Origin: Deltaproteobacteria bacterium
GTDB taxonomy: Bacteria; Myxococcota_A; Polyangia; Fen-1088
Reading direction: 5' to 3'
DNA: 64,000 nt
NCBI GenBank assembly: GCA_033763315.1
Contig: JANRKS010000036.1
Location: 1 to 64,000, forward strand
Numbering within the stretch: position 1 is the first letter of the stretch; every line of letters begins with the position of its first letter. A model generated the notes under the pieces. The model was not told the origin of the DNA, did no database searches, and saw only the letters and a list, made by a program, of their open reading frames with translations. The position numbers and the translations under genes are program-made. Below are positions 38,404 through 49,022 of this stretch, piece by piece.

Positions 38404-40557
38404 TTACTTAGGCATCACGCAGCTGTCAGTGCAAGCGGCCGGCAAATAGCACTCCGTGGTGTAGTCCTTGACCATACGATCGGTGTTGAAGCGCCAGCCC
38501 ATCGTCTTGAAGGCGCGCTTCATACGACGCACCCAAGCGCGAGGGATGCCGTCACTGTCACGATCAAAGAAGGTGGGGATCACCTGGTTCTCCAGCACGT
38601 CATACAGCGACAAAGCGTCGCGCCGATCTTGCTCTTCTTGCGACACGTGCGTGCGACCGTTGCCGATCGCAAAGCCGTTTTCGCCGTCCCACGCCTCGGC
38701 CCACCACCCGTCGAGGATGGAAAGGTTGAGGCCACCATTGAGCAACACTTTTTGCCCGCTCGTGCCGCTGGCTTCCAAGGGTCGACGCGGGTTGTTCAGC
38801 CACACATCCACGCCCTGCACCAAGTGGCGCGCCACATTGATGTCGTAATCTTCCACGAACACCACTTTGCCCAGCAAATCAGGGCGCAGCGATGATTGGT
38901 AAACCTCGCGCAGCACGGCTTGGCCCGGCTTGTCAGCCGGGTGCGCCTTGCCGGCAAACACGAATTGCACGGGGCGCTTCGCATCGCCCATGATGCGCAA
39001 CACGCGATCGATGTCGCTGAAGATCAAGTTGCCGCGTTTGTATGTGGCAAAGCGCCGCGCAAAACCGATGGTGAGCGCGTGTGGATCCAAGGCGGATTCG
39101 GCCGCCCTGGTTAACTCAGGATCGAGGCCCACGCGGCTGCGGTGCTCGCCCACTTCACGGCGGGCAAACCGCACCAAGGACGCACGCAAAATACGGTGCA
39201 CTTCCCACAGCTCGGCGTCATCCACTTCATCCATGCGCGCCCACAGATCTGGATTGGTGATGTTCTCCATCCAGTCGCGGCCGAGGTACTTACGGAACAG
39301 CTCCTGCATCGCCGGCGCCACCCAGGTGCGCAGGTGAACGCCGTTCGTGATGTGCCCCACGGGAACTTCGTCTTCACGGTGGTGCGGCCACAGCACTTGC
39401 CATGCCTTGCGGGTCACGCGGCCATGCAAGGCCGAAACGCCGTTCGCCCAACGCGACATCTTGAATGCCAGCACGGTCATGCAGAACATTTCGTTTTCGT
39501 CGCGTGGCTCAATGCGGCCGAGGCCCAGGAATTCATTGCGGCCCAAGCCCAAAGACCGACGCAGGGGCTCAAGGTGAGCGTCGGCCAATTCGGGCGAGAA
39601 CCGATCGTGGCCAGCGGCCACCGGTGTGTGCGTGGTGAACACGGTTGATTGCGCCACCTCTTGCGCCGCATCGGCGAAGCTGGCGCCCGTATCTTCCATA
39701 ATCGAGCGCGTGTATTCCAAAGTGGCAAAGGCGCTGTGGCCCTCGTTCAGGTGCATGATCGAGAAGTCGATGCCAGCGGCGCGGAGGGCACGCACGCCGC
39801 CCACGCCCAGCAATAGCTCTTGCCGAATGCGCACGCGTGAGTCGCCAAAGTAAAGCCGGGCGGCCAAGGCCCGATCTTCGGGCGAATTGCGTTCAACATC
39901 GGTGTCCAACAGCAGCAAGCGCGCGCGACCGATGTTGGCTTGCCACACCTGCGCGTGCAGCACGGAGTGATCCATCGGCACTTCGATGATGAGCGGGTTG
40001 CCATGCCGGTCCAGCAAGGGAGATGCCGGCACGCGGTCAAGCTGGGCCCGGTTATATTCCGCGTGCTGCTGCCCCGACTCGTCGATCAGCTGACGAAAAT
40101 ACGATTCACGGTAAAACAGACCCACACCCACAAGTGAGAGCCCCAGATCGGACGCCGTTTTGATGTGGTCGCCGGCCAGAATGCCCAAGCCGCCGCTATA
40201 GATGGGCAGCGATTCATGAATGCCGAACTCCGCCGAGAAGTAGGCCACGGGCCGCACCTTCAAAGGGGCCGCATGTGTGCCCGCCCACGTCGTAGCGTCG
40301 GGCGAGAGATAGGCACGAAACTCGCGGTGAACCTTATCGATGCGGGCACGCAACACGGGGTCTTCGGACACGCGAGCCAACTGCCCGGGAACGACCGTTT
40401 GATAGACAGCCAAAGCGCTGTGGTTTGAATCGTGGAAAACGTCGGGGGCTAAATCACGAAATAAGCGGATGGCGTCTGGGTTCCAGGACCACCAAAGGTT
40501 CGACGCTAAGTCACGGATCTGCTCGCCAAGCTGTTCAGGAGTACGTGTTGTGGACAT
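38404..40557 (-). CDS. glgP: Alpha-glucan phosphorylase
   Basis: NLWWSW, AYFSAEFG, YSGGLGILAGDH, FARRFATYKR, EASGTSGQK. Confidence 0.96.
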   Translation of the reverse strand: MSTTRTPEQLGEQIRDLASNLWWSWNPDAIRLFRDLAPDVFHDSNHSALAVYQTVVPGQLARVSEDPVLRARIDKVHREFRAYLSPDATTWAGTHAAPLKVRPVAYFSAEFGIHESLPIYSGGLGILAGDHIKTASDLGLSLVGVGLFYRESYFRQLIDESGQQHAEYNRAQLDRVPASPLLDRHGNPLIIEVPMDHSVLHAQVWQANIGRARLLLLDTDVERNSPEDRALAARLYFGDSRVRIRQELLLGVGGVRALRAAGIDFSIMHLNEGHSAFATLEYTRSIMEDTGASFADAAQEVAQSTVFTTHTPVAAGHDRFSPELADAHLEPLRRSLGLGRNEFLGLGRIEPRDENEMFCMTVLAFKMSRWANGVSALHGRVTRKAWQVLWPHHREDEVPVGHITNGVHLRTWVAPAMQELFRKYLGRDWMENITNPDLWARMDEVDDAELWEVHRILRASLVRFARREVGEHRSRVGLDPELTRAAESALDPHALTIGFARRFATYKRGNLIFSDIDRVLRIMGDAKRPVQFVFAGKAHPADKPGQAVLREVYQSSLRPDLLGKVVFVEDYDINVARHLVQGVDVWLNNPRRPLEASGTSGQKVLLNGGLNLSILDGWWAEAWDGENGFAIGNGRTHVSQEEQDRRDALSLYDVLENQVIPTFFDRDSDGIPRAWVRRMKRAFKTMGWRFNTDRMVKDYTTECYLPAACTDSCVMPK

Positions 40558-40691
40558 TACCCCGGCAGTAAACCACGACCACCCAAATCCGAAACAAGAA
40601 AAAATTGCAGCCTCGGAAGCTTTTTTGAGCGTTTTTTGGCGGCACTTTCGCCAGAGTTTTTCCGGACCTGGACTATACTGCTGACCAGTTC

Positions 40692-41951
40692 ATGCCTCAT
40701 CAACCGAGACTCCTCGCCTTGATCATGGCCGGCGGCAAAGGCTCCCGGCTTTTTCCCCTGACGCGGGATCGCGCCAAGCCTGCCGTTCCGTTCGGCGGCC
40801 GCTACCGAATCATCGACTTCGTTCTGTCGAACATGGTGAATTCGGGCATCCGTTCGGTCTATGTGCTGACCCAGTACAAAGCGCAGTCGCTGGTCGAACA
40901 CGTGCAACGTGCCTGGGGCTCGCGCAACAGCCATTCCGATTTCGTAACCGTGGTGCCGGCCCAGATGCGTATGGGCGAATCTTGGTACCGCGGCACCGCC
41001 GATTCAGTGTTTCAGAACTTTCACATGGTGGAAGATTGCAAGCCAGACCTGCTGTTGGTCTTCGGTGCGGATCACATCTACAAAATGAACGTCCGACAGA
41101 TGGTCGACTTTCATCGCGAACGAGATGCCTTGGCCACTGTGGCGTGCATCCCCGTGGCTGTGGAGGAAGCGTCTCAGTTCGGCATCATGGAAGTCGATAG
41201 CCAAGGCCGCATCATAGGCTTTGAGGAAAAGCCGCAATCAAACCCCAAGACGATTCCAGGCGATCCCACCCGGTGCTTGGCCTCGATGGGCAACTACATT
41301 TTTCACCCCGAAGCCTTGGCCGAAGCCTTGCTGGCAGACGCACGCCGCGAGTCGCGCCACGACTTCGGCCACGACGTGATCCCGGTGTTTCAAGAAACCG
41401 GCCGCGCGTACGCCTATAATTTTTACGAAAACCGCATCCCTGGCGCCAAGTCGACCGAAGAAAACATCTACTGGCGCGACGTCGGCACCATCGACGCCTA
41501 CTACGAAGCGGCGCTGGATTTGAAAAACGTGGTCCCCGCTTTGAACCTTTACGGGTGGGAGTGGCCGATCATGACGGCCAGCTATTCAGACCCGCCGCTC
41601 AAAATGGTGTTCGACGATCCAGGCCGGCGCGGCACGGTTTTGCAATCAACGGTGGCTGGTGGTTGCATCATCGCCGGTGGTTTCGTCAAGGATTCGGTCT
41701 TGGGCCGAAACGTGTTCGTTGACGAAGGCGCCGAGGTTCGCGATTCGGTCATCTTCGATAACGTCTACATAGGCAAAGGCGCCCGCATTCAGCGCGCCAT
41801 TATCGACAAAAACGTGCGGGTGGCCGAAGGCGATCTCATCGGCCACGACCTGGCCCGCGATGCCCTCCGGCACGTGGTCAGCGAAGGCGGCGTCACGGTG
41901 GTGGCCAAAGCCCGCGACACTTTGACAACCCGTCTGCGCGACTACGGCTAA
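40692..41951 (+). CDS. glgC: Glucose-1-phosphate adenylyltransferase
   Basis: MAGGKGSRLFPLTRDRAKPAVPFGGRYRIIDF, WYRGTAD, YWRDVGT. Confidence 0.96.
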   Translation: MPHQPRLLALIMAGGKGSRLFPLTRDRAKPAVPFGGRYRIIDFVLSNMVNSGIRSVYVLTQYKAQSLVEHVQRAWGSRNSHSDFVTVVPAQMRMGESWYRGTADSVFQNFHMVEDCKPDLLLVFGADHIYKMNVRQMVDFHRERDALATVACIPVAVEEASQFGIMEVDSQGRIIGFEEKPQSNPKTIPGDPTRCLASMGNYIFHPEALAEALLADARRESRHDFGHDVIPVFQETGRAYAYNFYENRIPGAKSTEENIYWRDVGTIDAYYEAALDLKNVVPALNLYGWEWPIMTASYSDPPLKMVFDDPGRRGTVLQSTVAGGCIIAGGFVKDSVLGRNVFVDEGAEVRDSVIFDNVYIGKGARIQRAIIDKNVRVAEGDLIGHDLARDALRHVVSEGGVTVVAKARDTLTTRLRDYG

Positions 41952-42003
41952 ACGGCATCCACCCGAAGCAACGTTGAGGTGGTAAGTATGCGCAGAGCGT
42001 TCC

Positions 42004-44436
42004 ATGCCTAAAAAACAAGCTCCGAGCCCGACGCCCCCTGCCCCTGCGTCTCAAACGCGGACGCCCCCGCCAGGTCAAGCCGGGGCAGCGGCCACGATAG
42101 CCTCACCGCCGGTAGCGATGTCGTCGCCTGCCACGGCGCAGGTAAACCAGGCTCCGCAAGCCAAAGCACCCACCCCTTCAGCGCCGCAGCCCAAGGCGAG
42201 CACCCCAGCACCCGCCGCACCCGTGGCCATGCCCGCCAACGCCAAGCTGGTGCTGTGGGTGGCCTCCGAGGCCGTGCCTTTGGCCTCTACAGGCGGCTTG
42301 GGCGACGTGGTCGGCGCGCTGCCGGGTGTCTTGCGCGACATGGGTTGGGACGTGCGCTTGTGCCTGCCGTATTACCGGCACCAAATCAAACAACCCGTTT
42401 CGGCGCCCCTGTTCCACTTCGACCTGCCGCTGGCCGAACCGTTGGCCGTGGATGTCCGCCAGTTGATCAACCCTCCCGCGGGCGTGCCCACGTACCTCAT
42501 CGACTGCCCGATGCTGTTCGATCGCGTGGGCCTCTACGTGGACGGCAACGGGCCGTTCGTCGATAACCCCTTCCGCTTTGGTGTGTTTCAGTTGGCGGCA
42601 CAGCGACTGGCCGCACGATTAGAGCCCACGCCTGCGATCATTCACAGCCATGATTGGCACGCGGCCTTGTTGCCGGCGCTTGTTCGGTTGCCTGGCCCCA
42701 CCCACGAAAAGCTCGCCAATGTTCGAACGCTGTTCACCATCCATAACCTTCAGTACCAGGGGGATAGCGATCGCGGCATCATTGAGGCGCTGCGTTTGCC
42801 GCCCCAGCTGTGGGATCCGAATTGGGCGGAGCACTTCGATAGATTCATTCCGCTCAAAGCCGCATTGATGACGGCCGATCGGATCACCACCGTCAGCCCC
42901 ACGTATGCCGAAGAGTTGCGTTCGCAAGAGCGCGGCATGGGCTTGGATGGCGTGATCCGAAGCCGGGGCACCGACATGCGCGGTTTGCTCAATGGCATCG
43001 ATGAGGTGTCGTGGAACCCGGCGGTGGATCCCGCGTTGGCCGCGCACTTTTCAGCCGCAGAAGTGCAGGGTCGTGCCGCATGCACAAAGGCGCTGCGAGC
43101 AGAGCTCGGCTTACCTGATCGACCAGACCGCCCTTTGATCGGCTTCATCGGTCGTTTGGTGGGTGACAAGGGCGTGGATCTGATTCTCGATGCTTTGCCC
43201 GAGCTGCTTGATCTCGACGTGCAAGTGGTTGTGCTTGGTTCGGGCGACGCCGCCTTGGAGGCCCGCTTGCGCGCAGCCGAAGCCGCCTATGGTCCGCGTG
43301 GCTTCCGCACGGTGATCAAGTTCGATGCGAAATTGGCGCGCCGGATGTACGCGGCCTTCGATATGCTTTTGGTGCCGTCGCGGCTTGAACCGTGCGGCCT
43401 GGTGCAGCTTTATGCCCTTCGCTATGGCGCCGTACCCGTGGTTCACGGCGTGGGCGGCCTGCGCGACACCGTTCGCGAGGACGAAAACGGCTTCGTGTTC
43501 AATGAGCCCTCCGCCGTCGCCCTTACCGATGCTGTCACTCGCGCGGTGAGGGTTTGGGACGATCAAATCGCGTGGACCGCCCTGCAGGTCAAAGGCTTGC
43601 GGCAAGACTGGTCGTGGAAAAACGCCGCCGTCCCTTACGATGCGCTTTACCGCGAAGTTCTAAACACCCCGATCCGGCGTTCGTTCACGCCGGCCGTCGT
43701 GGTGACGGAAGCAGCGGCCGCGCGGGCCGGCACGGAGGCCACGGTCACGGATTCGAAGGCCCCAAGCGCCGCGCCACCTCCCCCGGCACCACGGGCCGAA
43801 ACCACCGCGTTTCGTTTGATGGTGCAGGGGCCGCGCAGCTTGTTTGCTTATTGGTCCGCCGAGGCCCAAGGCCCCTTCGATCTTGTGGTTGAAGAGCGCC
43901 CGTCAGGCGTGATGTACACGGCCGCCGCCGATCTGCCCGCCAAAGGCGAACGCTGGTTGGGCGCCTTGCCTGATCAGGCGTATCGCGCGTTCTTGCGTGA
44001 TCGCGCCGGCCGCGTGGTGGCGCTATCGAACGCCGTTGTCACACCTTTGCAAGACCCACCTCCCCCGGCCGCAGAACACCCTGAGTGGCTTGAGGCCGCT
44101 GTTGAAGTGGGCGTGTTCAACGAAGACGGCGAAGGCCGGCGTTGGTCAGCCGTATTCAAAGGCGCGCCGGCGTGGACCAAAACCAAAGATGGCAGCGTTG
44201 AGCCTTCGTGGCCCGAAGACGGACATGGTGTGCCCGCCACAGGCCCCGTTCTGGATGGCGTTGGCCGGCCTGTGCCGCACGTAGGTGCCTCAGAAGCTTT
44301 GCATGCGCCTGCGCACAGCAAACGCGACATCAACCTAAGCAACGTGTCGATGCATCCGCCTGAGGGTCATTCCGCCGCGCTGGCCTCTTCTGCCGGCGTC
44401 GCACGCTTGGGATCTGGTTCGGGACGCACGCGATGA
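42004..44436 (+). CDS. glgA: Glycogen synthase with an N-terminal Pro/Ala extension and a C-terminal DUF4912-like domain
   Basis: TGGLGDV, HSHDWH, TIHNLQYQG, PSRLEPCGL, GGLRDTV, followed by RLMVQGPRSLFAYW...SNAVVTP. Confidence 0.9.
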   Translation: MPKKQAPSPTPPAPASQTRTPPPGQAGAAATIASPPVAMSSPATAQVNQAPQAKAPTPSAPQPKASTPAPAAPVAMPANAKLVLWVASEAVPLASTGGLGDVVGALPGVLRDMGWDVRLCLPYYRHQIKQPVSAPLFHFDLPLAEPLAVDVRQLINPPAGVPTYLIDCPMLFDRVGLYVDGNGPFVDNPFRFGVFQLAAQRLAARLEPTPAIIHSHDWHAALLPALVRLPGPTHEKLANVRTLFTIHNLQYQGDSDRGIIEALRLPPQLWDPNWAEHFDRFIPLKAALMTADRITTVSPTYAEELRSQERGMGLDGVIRSRGTDMRGLLNGIDEVSWNPAVDPALAAHFSAAEVQGRAACTKALRAELGLPDRPDRPLIGFIGRLVGDKGVDLILDALPELLDLDVQVVVLGSGDAALEARLRAAEAAYGPRGFRTVIKFDAKLARRMYAAFDMLLVPSRLEPCGLVQLYALRYGAVPVVHGVGGLRDTVREDENGFVFNEPSAVALTDAVTRAVRVWDDQIAWTALQVKGLRQDWSWKNAAVPYDALYREVLNTPIRRSFTPAVVVTEAAAARAGTEATVTDSKAPSAAPPPPAPRAETTAFRLMVQGPRSLFAYWSAEAQGPFDLVVEERPSGVMYTAAADLPAKGERWLGALPDQAYRAFLRDRAGRVVALSNAVVTPLQDPPPPAAEHPEWLEAAVEVGVFNEDGEGRRWSAVFKGAPAWTKTKDGSVEPSWPEDGHGVPATGPVLDGVGRPVPHVGASEALHAPAHSKRDINLSNVSMHPPEGHSAALASSAGVARLGSGSGRTR

Positions 44437-46010
44437 TGCCCGCGAAGTTGTGTTTGGTTTTGCACGCGCACTTGCCCTTCGTGCGCCACCCTGAACACGA
44501 AGATTTTCTTGAAGAAGACTGGCTGTTCGAAGCCATCACTGAGTCCTACGTGCCGGTGTGGAGCCGCCTGGTGAAGTTGGCGGATGAGGGCATCCGTTTT
44601 GGCATCACGCTGACGATCTCTCCCACGCTTGCAGCCATGCTGGATGATGTGTTGTTGCGCAAGCGCCTGCACCGCTATGTTGAGCGGTTGCTGCGCTTGT
44701 CCGAAACACAAGCGCAAGTGCATAGCCTTAGTTTGCAAGGCGACACTGCTCGCCAGGTGTTGCACCGGTGCCAAGAAACGTTGACGTTCTTGGCCCGTTG
44801 GAAAGATGATTTGCTGGCGCCCCTGCGCCACTTGCAGTCGCTTGGTTGTGTGGAGATCGCAGGCTGCAACGGGACACACGGCCTGCTGCCACTGATGAGC
44901 TCAGAGGCCGCGCGCCGCGCGCAGATCCGCGCCGGTGTGGATGCCCACGCGCGCAACTTTGGCCGCCGCCCGCGGGGCCTGTGGCTGGCCGAGTGCGGTT
45001 TTGACAACGGCATCGACGAACTGTTGGCAGAAGCCGATGTCCAGTTCTTTTTCGTGGACGCCGCGGCCATCGAACGTGGTCGCCCGCCCTCACCGTTTGG
45101 CTTGTTTTCCCCGGTAAAAACCGGCTCTGGTGTGGCCGCGTTTGCGCGCGATCACGAAACCGGCCGCCAAGTGTGGAGCGGCGATCAAGGTTACCCCGGG
45201 GATCCGGCCTACCGCGAATTCCACCGCGATTTTGGCCACGAAGCCAAACTTGAAGACATCGCGCCGTTTCTGCCGCCCGATGGCCGGCGACGTCCGATGG
45301 GCCTCAAATATTATAGGGTCACAGGCCGCGACGTGCCTCTGCACGAAAAGCAGCTTTACGATCCAGCGGCGGCTTTGGCGCGCGCCCGCGTTCATGCCGC
45401 TGACTTTGTTGTGAACCGGCAACGCCAGGCGCAAGCGCTGTCGGCCAGCATGGCGGAGGCCCCCGTCATCACCGCTTGCTACGACGCCGAGTTGTTTGGG
45501 CACTGGTGGTACGAGGGCCCCGCGTTTTTGGAGGAAGTGCTGCGGCTCTTGGCCCGCACCCCCGAAATTCAAAGCGCCACCACGGCCAGTGTGATGGATG
45601 AAGACCGCACGTTGCCTCACCAAAACGTGGCACCATCAACCTGGGGCGCGGAGAGCAGCAACAAAGTGTGGCTGAACCCCGACACAACGTGGGTCTATCC
45701 CGAATTGCACAAGGCCGAAGCGCGCATGCAAACGTTGGTGCGTCGCTTTGGCAACGAAGACGGCATCACCGCACGCGCCCTTCGCCAGTTGGGCCGCGAG
45801 CTCTTGTTGGCTCAAAGCAGCGACTGGACGTTCTTGATCACGTTGGGCACGGCGCCCGAATATGGCCGCGCACGCTTACGTGAACATTTGGAGGCCTTTG
45901 CACGATTGGCCCACGCGCTTGAAACCGATTCCTTGCGTGATGGCGATCTGATCGCACGCGAGACGCGCACGCCGCTGTTTCCCGACCTCGACGTCACAGC
46001 TTGGACGTAG
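44433..46010 (+). CDS. GH57 1,4-alpha-glucan branching enzyme (DUF1957)
   Basis: LHAHLPFVRHP, WLAECG, YDAELFGHWWYEGP, ELLLAQSSDW. Confidence 0.93.
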   Translation: MMPAKLCLVLHAHLPFVRHPEHEDFLEEDWLFEAITESYVPVWSRLVKLADEGIRFGITLTISPTLAAMLDDVLLRKRLHRYVERLLRLSETQAQVHSLSLQGDTARQVLHRCQETLTFLARWKDDLLAPLRHLQSLGCVEIAGCNGTHGLLPLMSSEAARRAQIRAGVDAHARNFGRRPRGLWLAECGFDNGIDELLAEADVQFFFVDAAAIERGRPPSPFGLFSPVKTGSGVAAFARDHETGRQVWSGDQGYPGDPAYREFHRDFGHEAKLEDIAPFLPPDGRRRPMGLKYYRVTGRDVPLHEKQLYDPAAALARARVHAADFVVNRQRQAQALSASMAEAPVITACYDAELFGHWWYEGPAFLEEVLRLLARTPEIQSATTASVMDEDRTLPHQNVAPSTWGAESSNKVWLNPDTTWVYPELHKAEARMQTLVRRFGNEDGITARALRQLGRELLLAQSSDWTFLITLGTAPEYGRARLREHLEAFARLAHALETDSLRDGDLIARETRTPLFPDLDVTAWT

Positions 46011-46151
46011 GCGCGGCGGGCACGGCAGCGTCGAGCAAAGCCACGCGCTAAAGCAGCCGTTTGAACTCAAAGCGCTGAAATGTCGCAAGCATGCCGCTGC
46101 GATCGGGTGCGCGGTTCACCAACGCGGCGGGCTCAGTTGGTCATGACAATG

Positions 46152-47033
46152 CTATAGCGCCTGCCAGCGCTTGGGGGCCGCCTTCAATGTGGTGACGCCC
46201 AGGGCATCGCACCACGCAAGAAACGGCTCGCGAGGCACGCCGGTGAACGCAAGCTCATGCAACGTGTGTGGCAAGGGCGCATCGTTTACCAGCGTCGCAA
46301 GCTTGCGGTACAGCAAAGCTTCCTCTCGATGCCTGCAAAGGGTGGCCGCCAGGACTGGCGCCCCGCGGACCTTCACCGTCCAATCCGAAGCGTCGGAGGG
46401 GATCGCCTCAAGGTGCTTGTACTTCCCCAGCAACAACCCAGCGCTCTTTTCGCCAAAACCGGGCAGCCCCGGAATGCCGTCGGCGCTATCGCCTGTGAGG
46501 GCAAGGTAATCGGGCATGCTGAGTGGACCGAAGCCACGCTGTTCGCGAAACGAAGCTTCTGTGATCAGCTTCTTTTGGCGACGATCGATCTGAACCACGC
46601 GATCGCCGTCCAAGCATTGCCCGAGATCTTTGTCGGGGGTTAGGATCCTCACCTGTTCGACCTGCGGCTTGAAACGCGACGCCCCGGTGGCGAGGCCATC
46701 GTCCGCCTCGTGGTCGCGCATCGACCACACCGCCACCCCTAGGGCACGCACGGCCTCCTCAGCGGCATCGAATTGCGAACGCAAGGCTGGTTCCACACCC
46801 TCGTCGCTTTTGTAGTCGGCGAACAGATCGTTGCGAAAAGAGCGAATGGGATTGTCGAAGGCGACCGCAATGTGGGTCACGGCCTCCTCTTCATCGTGCA
46901 GCAAAGCCAACAGCGACGCGACAATTCCCACCGTGGCCTTGGCCGTGCGCCCATGCGGCGCGATGTGATCCGGGCGCGGCGAATAATGAGCGCGAAAGAG
47001 CTCGTAGGTTCCGTCCACAAGGTGCAGCCGCAT
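46152..47033 (-). CDS. Stand-alone 5'-3' exonuclease/flap endonuclease
   Basis: LVDGTYELFR, EADD, PDKDL, LTGDSADGIPGLPGFGEKSA. Confidence 0.9.
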   Translation of the reverse strand: MRLHLVDGTYELFRAHYSPRPDHIAPHGRTAKATVGIVASLLALLHDEEEAVTHIAVAFDNPIRSFRNDLFADYKSDEGVEPALRSQFDAAEEAVRALGVAVWSMRDHEADDGLATGASRFKPQVEQVRILTPDKDLGQCLDGDRVVQIDRRQKKLITEASFREQRGFGPLSMPDYLALTGDSADGIPGLPGFGEKSAGLLLGKYKHLEAIPSDASDWTVKVRGAPVLAATLCRHREEALLYRKLATLVNDAPLPHTLHELAFTGVPREPFLAWCDALGVTTLKAAPKRWQAL

Positions 47034-47337
47034 AGGCGCTCAGTTTACCGTATAGACACCGTTGCGCCGGCTGAGTTAACAGCACGTTGCCCTGACACGA
47101 CACCTCGGTTTCTTTTGCAAGGGTCCGCGTCCCCAGCGCGTTCTTTGCTTGAAATCGATACCTCCATGCCGAAGCATGAATCTCACATTGGGTGCTGCAC
47201 GTGTTTGCAAACAGATCGTTCTTGGCGCAGCTGCCGCCAACAGCGCGCCCCTTGGTGAAAGCGGTTGCCCGGCGCCCGGGCCGGTCGGCATCCTCGTCTT
47301 GACCCACGCCAGGTCATATGACAGGACTAGCGGTGCT

Positions 47338-47709
47338 GTGAGACACCTGCGAAACCAAGCCCAGCTGTGCCCCCGCACGTTGTCGCTTGTCTTCGCGCTG
47401 TACATCCTGCTGATGTTCGTCGGCCGTGTGCAGTCCGTGTCACTCGTCAATTTTCTGACCCAGCTGGGATCGGACGCGGAGCCATCTACACCCGCCAGCG
47501 TCGCCGTGTTCGCCGAGCACGATGATGACAGCGACAAAAAGTCCTTCACGAACGAATGGGACGAGGACGACAAGTGTCATTCGCCGCTGCCGCTGTTTGC
47601 AGCGACATACCCGGATGTGAGCCACCGTTTGCAGCTGCATGGGCCCGCCCTGGTCTTTGCCTCGGGTTCCTCGCGTTCGTTTTTCTGTCGCGGCCCGCCG
47701 CGCGCCTAA
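47338..47709 (+). CDS. Small uORF-like protein: N-terminal hydrophobic helix, acidic tract, C-terminal RGPP
   Basis: TLSLVFALYILLMFVG...EHDDDSDKK..EWDEDDKCH...CRGPPRA*. Start uncertain (GTG 47338). Confidence 0.65.
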   Translation: MRHLRNQAQLCPRTLSLVFALYILLMFVGRVQSVSLVNFLTQLGSDAEPSTPASVAVFAEHDDDSDKKSFTNEWDEDDKCHSPLPLFAATYPDVSHRLQLHGPALVFASGSSRSFFCRGPPRA

Positions 47710-47772
47710 GGCTGTGATCGCCCCCCCCGTTGAACACCGATCGCGGTTGTTCGACGCACGTCTTTGTGCCAT

Positions 47773-47849
47773 CACCGGCCTGGGGCCATGTAGCCATCAG
47801 GACCAACCACCGCCGTGCTTCGCCGCCTCAGGTGGCATCCGGTGTTTTT
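47773..47849 (+). terminator. Possible attenuator/terminator hairpin upstream of the RND operon
   Basis: CACCGG (47773) pairs with CCGGTG (47839); inner stem GCCGCC-TCA-GGTGGC; followed by TTTTT. Confidence 0.35.
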
Positions 47850-47939
47850 CCTAAACCGGCAACTCTGTTCGCGCGCCTACGGTAACGCCCCGAGCCCGCG
47901 AAACGTGTTCCTCATCCCGCAACGTTTAGAGCCAGAACC

Positions 47940-49022
47940 ATGAATAAGATTATTCCGCTCCTGACCGTGGCCGTCTCTTTTGCCAACCCGGGCTGCCATT
48001 CGCAAGAACACAAGCACCACGAGATCCCGAAGTACCTTGTCACCAAGCCCCTCATCAAAGACACGGACATCACCGCCGAGTACGTGTGTCAGATCCGCTC
48101 CGTGCAGCACATTGAGCTGCGGGCGCTAGAACGGGGCTACCTGCAAGGCGTGTTCGTCGACGAGGGGCAGTCGGTCAAAAAGGGGCAGCAGATGTTCCAG
48201 ATCATGCCGCTCGTTTATAAGGCCGAATTGCAAAAGGCTGAGGCGGAGGCCGAGTTCACAAGAATCGAATATCAAAACACCAAGCTTCTGTCTGACAGCA
48301 AAGTCGTCTCGCAAAACGAACTAGCGTTGGCGAAAGCCAAGCTTGATAAGGCACAAGCCGAGGTTGAATTGGCCAAGGTTCACCTAAGCCTCACCAGCAT
48401 TAAGGCCCCGTTCGACGGAATTATGGATCGCTTCCGCGTGCGGCTCGGCAGCCTCGTGGAAGAGGGGGAGTTGCTCACCACCTTGTCTGACAACAGCAAG
48501 GTTTGGGCCTACTTCAACGTCACCGAATCGGACTACCTGACCTTCGGGCTGCACTCCCAAGAAGACAGCTTGATGCAAGTGAAGCTGATTATGGCCAACA
48601 ACCAGCTGTTCGAGCACGGTGGCCGGGTTGAAACCGTTGAGGCAGATTTCAACAACGAGACGGGCAACATCGCCTTTCGTGCCACTTTTCCGAACCCCAA
48701 GGGCCTGTTGCGGCATGGCGAAACCGGCAAGGTCCTTATGACCTTGCCACTCAAGCAGGCGCTGCTGATTCCACAGAAGGCCACGTTCGAGATCTTGGAC
48801 AAGCGATACGTGTTCGTCGTTGATGACAAGAACACGATTCGCTCGCGGTTGATAACGGTCGCACACGAGGTGCCAAACCTTTACGTCCTTAAAGAGGGTC
48901 TGGCGCCGAACGACACCATTTTGCTGGACGGCTTGCGTAAAGTCCGCAACGGAGACGAGATCGCTTTGGACTTCAAAGAGCCGGCGGAAGTCGTCGCGCA
49001 CCTGGCCTTGCCGGCGGAATAG
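47940..49022 (+). CDS. RND efflux periplasmic adaptor subunit
   Basis: VFVDEGQSVKKGQ, IKAPFDG, ETGNIAFRATFPNP, IPQKATFE. Confidence 0.93.
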   Translation: MNKIIPLLTVAVSFANPGCHSQEHKHHEIPKYLVTKPLIKDTDITAEYVCQIRSVQHIELRALERGYLQGVFVDEGQSVKKGQQMFQIMPLVYKAELQKAEAEAEFTRIEYQNTKLLSDSKVVSQNELALAKAKLDKAQAEVELAKVHLSLTSIKAPFDGIMDRFRVRLGSLVEEGELLTTLSDNSKVWAYFNVTESDYLTFGLHSQEDSLMQVKLIMANNQLFEHGGRVETVEADFNNETGNIAFRATFPNPKGLLRHGETGKVLMTLPLKQALLIPQKATFEILDKRYVFVVDDKNTIRSRLITVAHEVPNLYVLKEGLAPNDTILLDGLRKVRNGDEIALDFKEPAEVVAHLALPAE

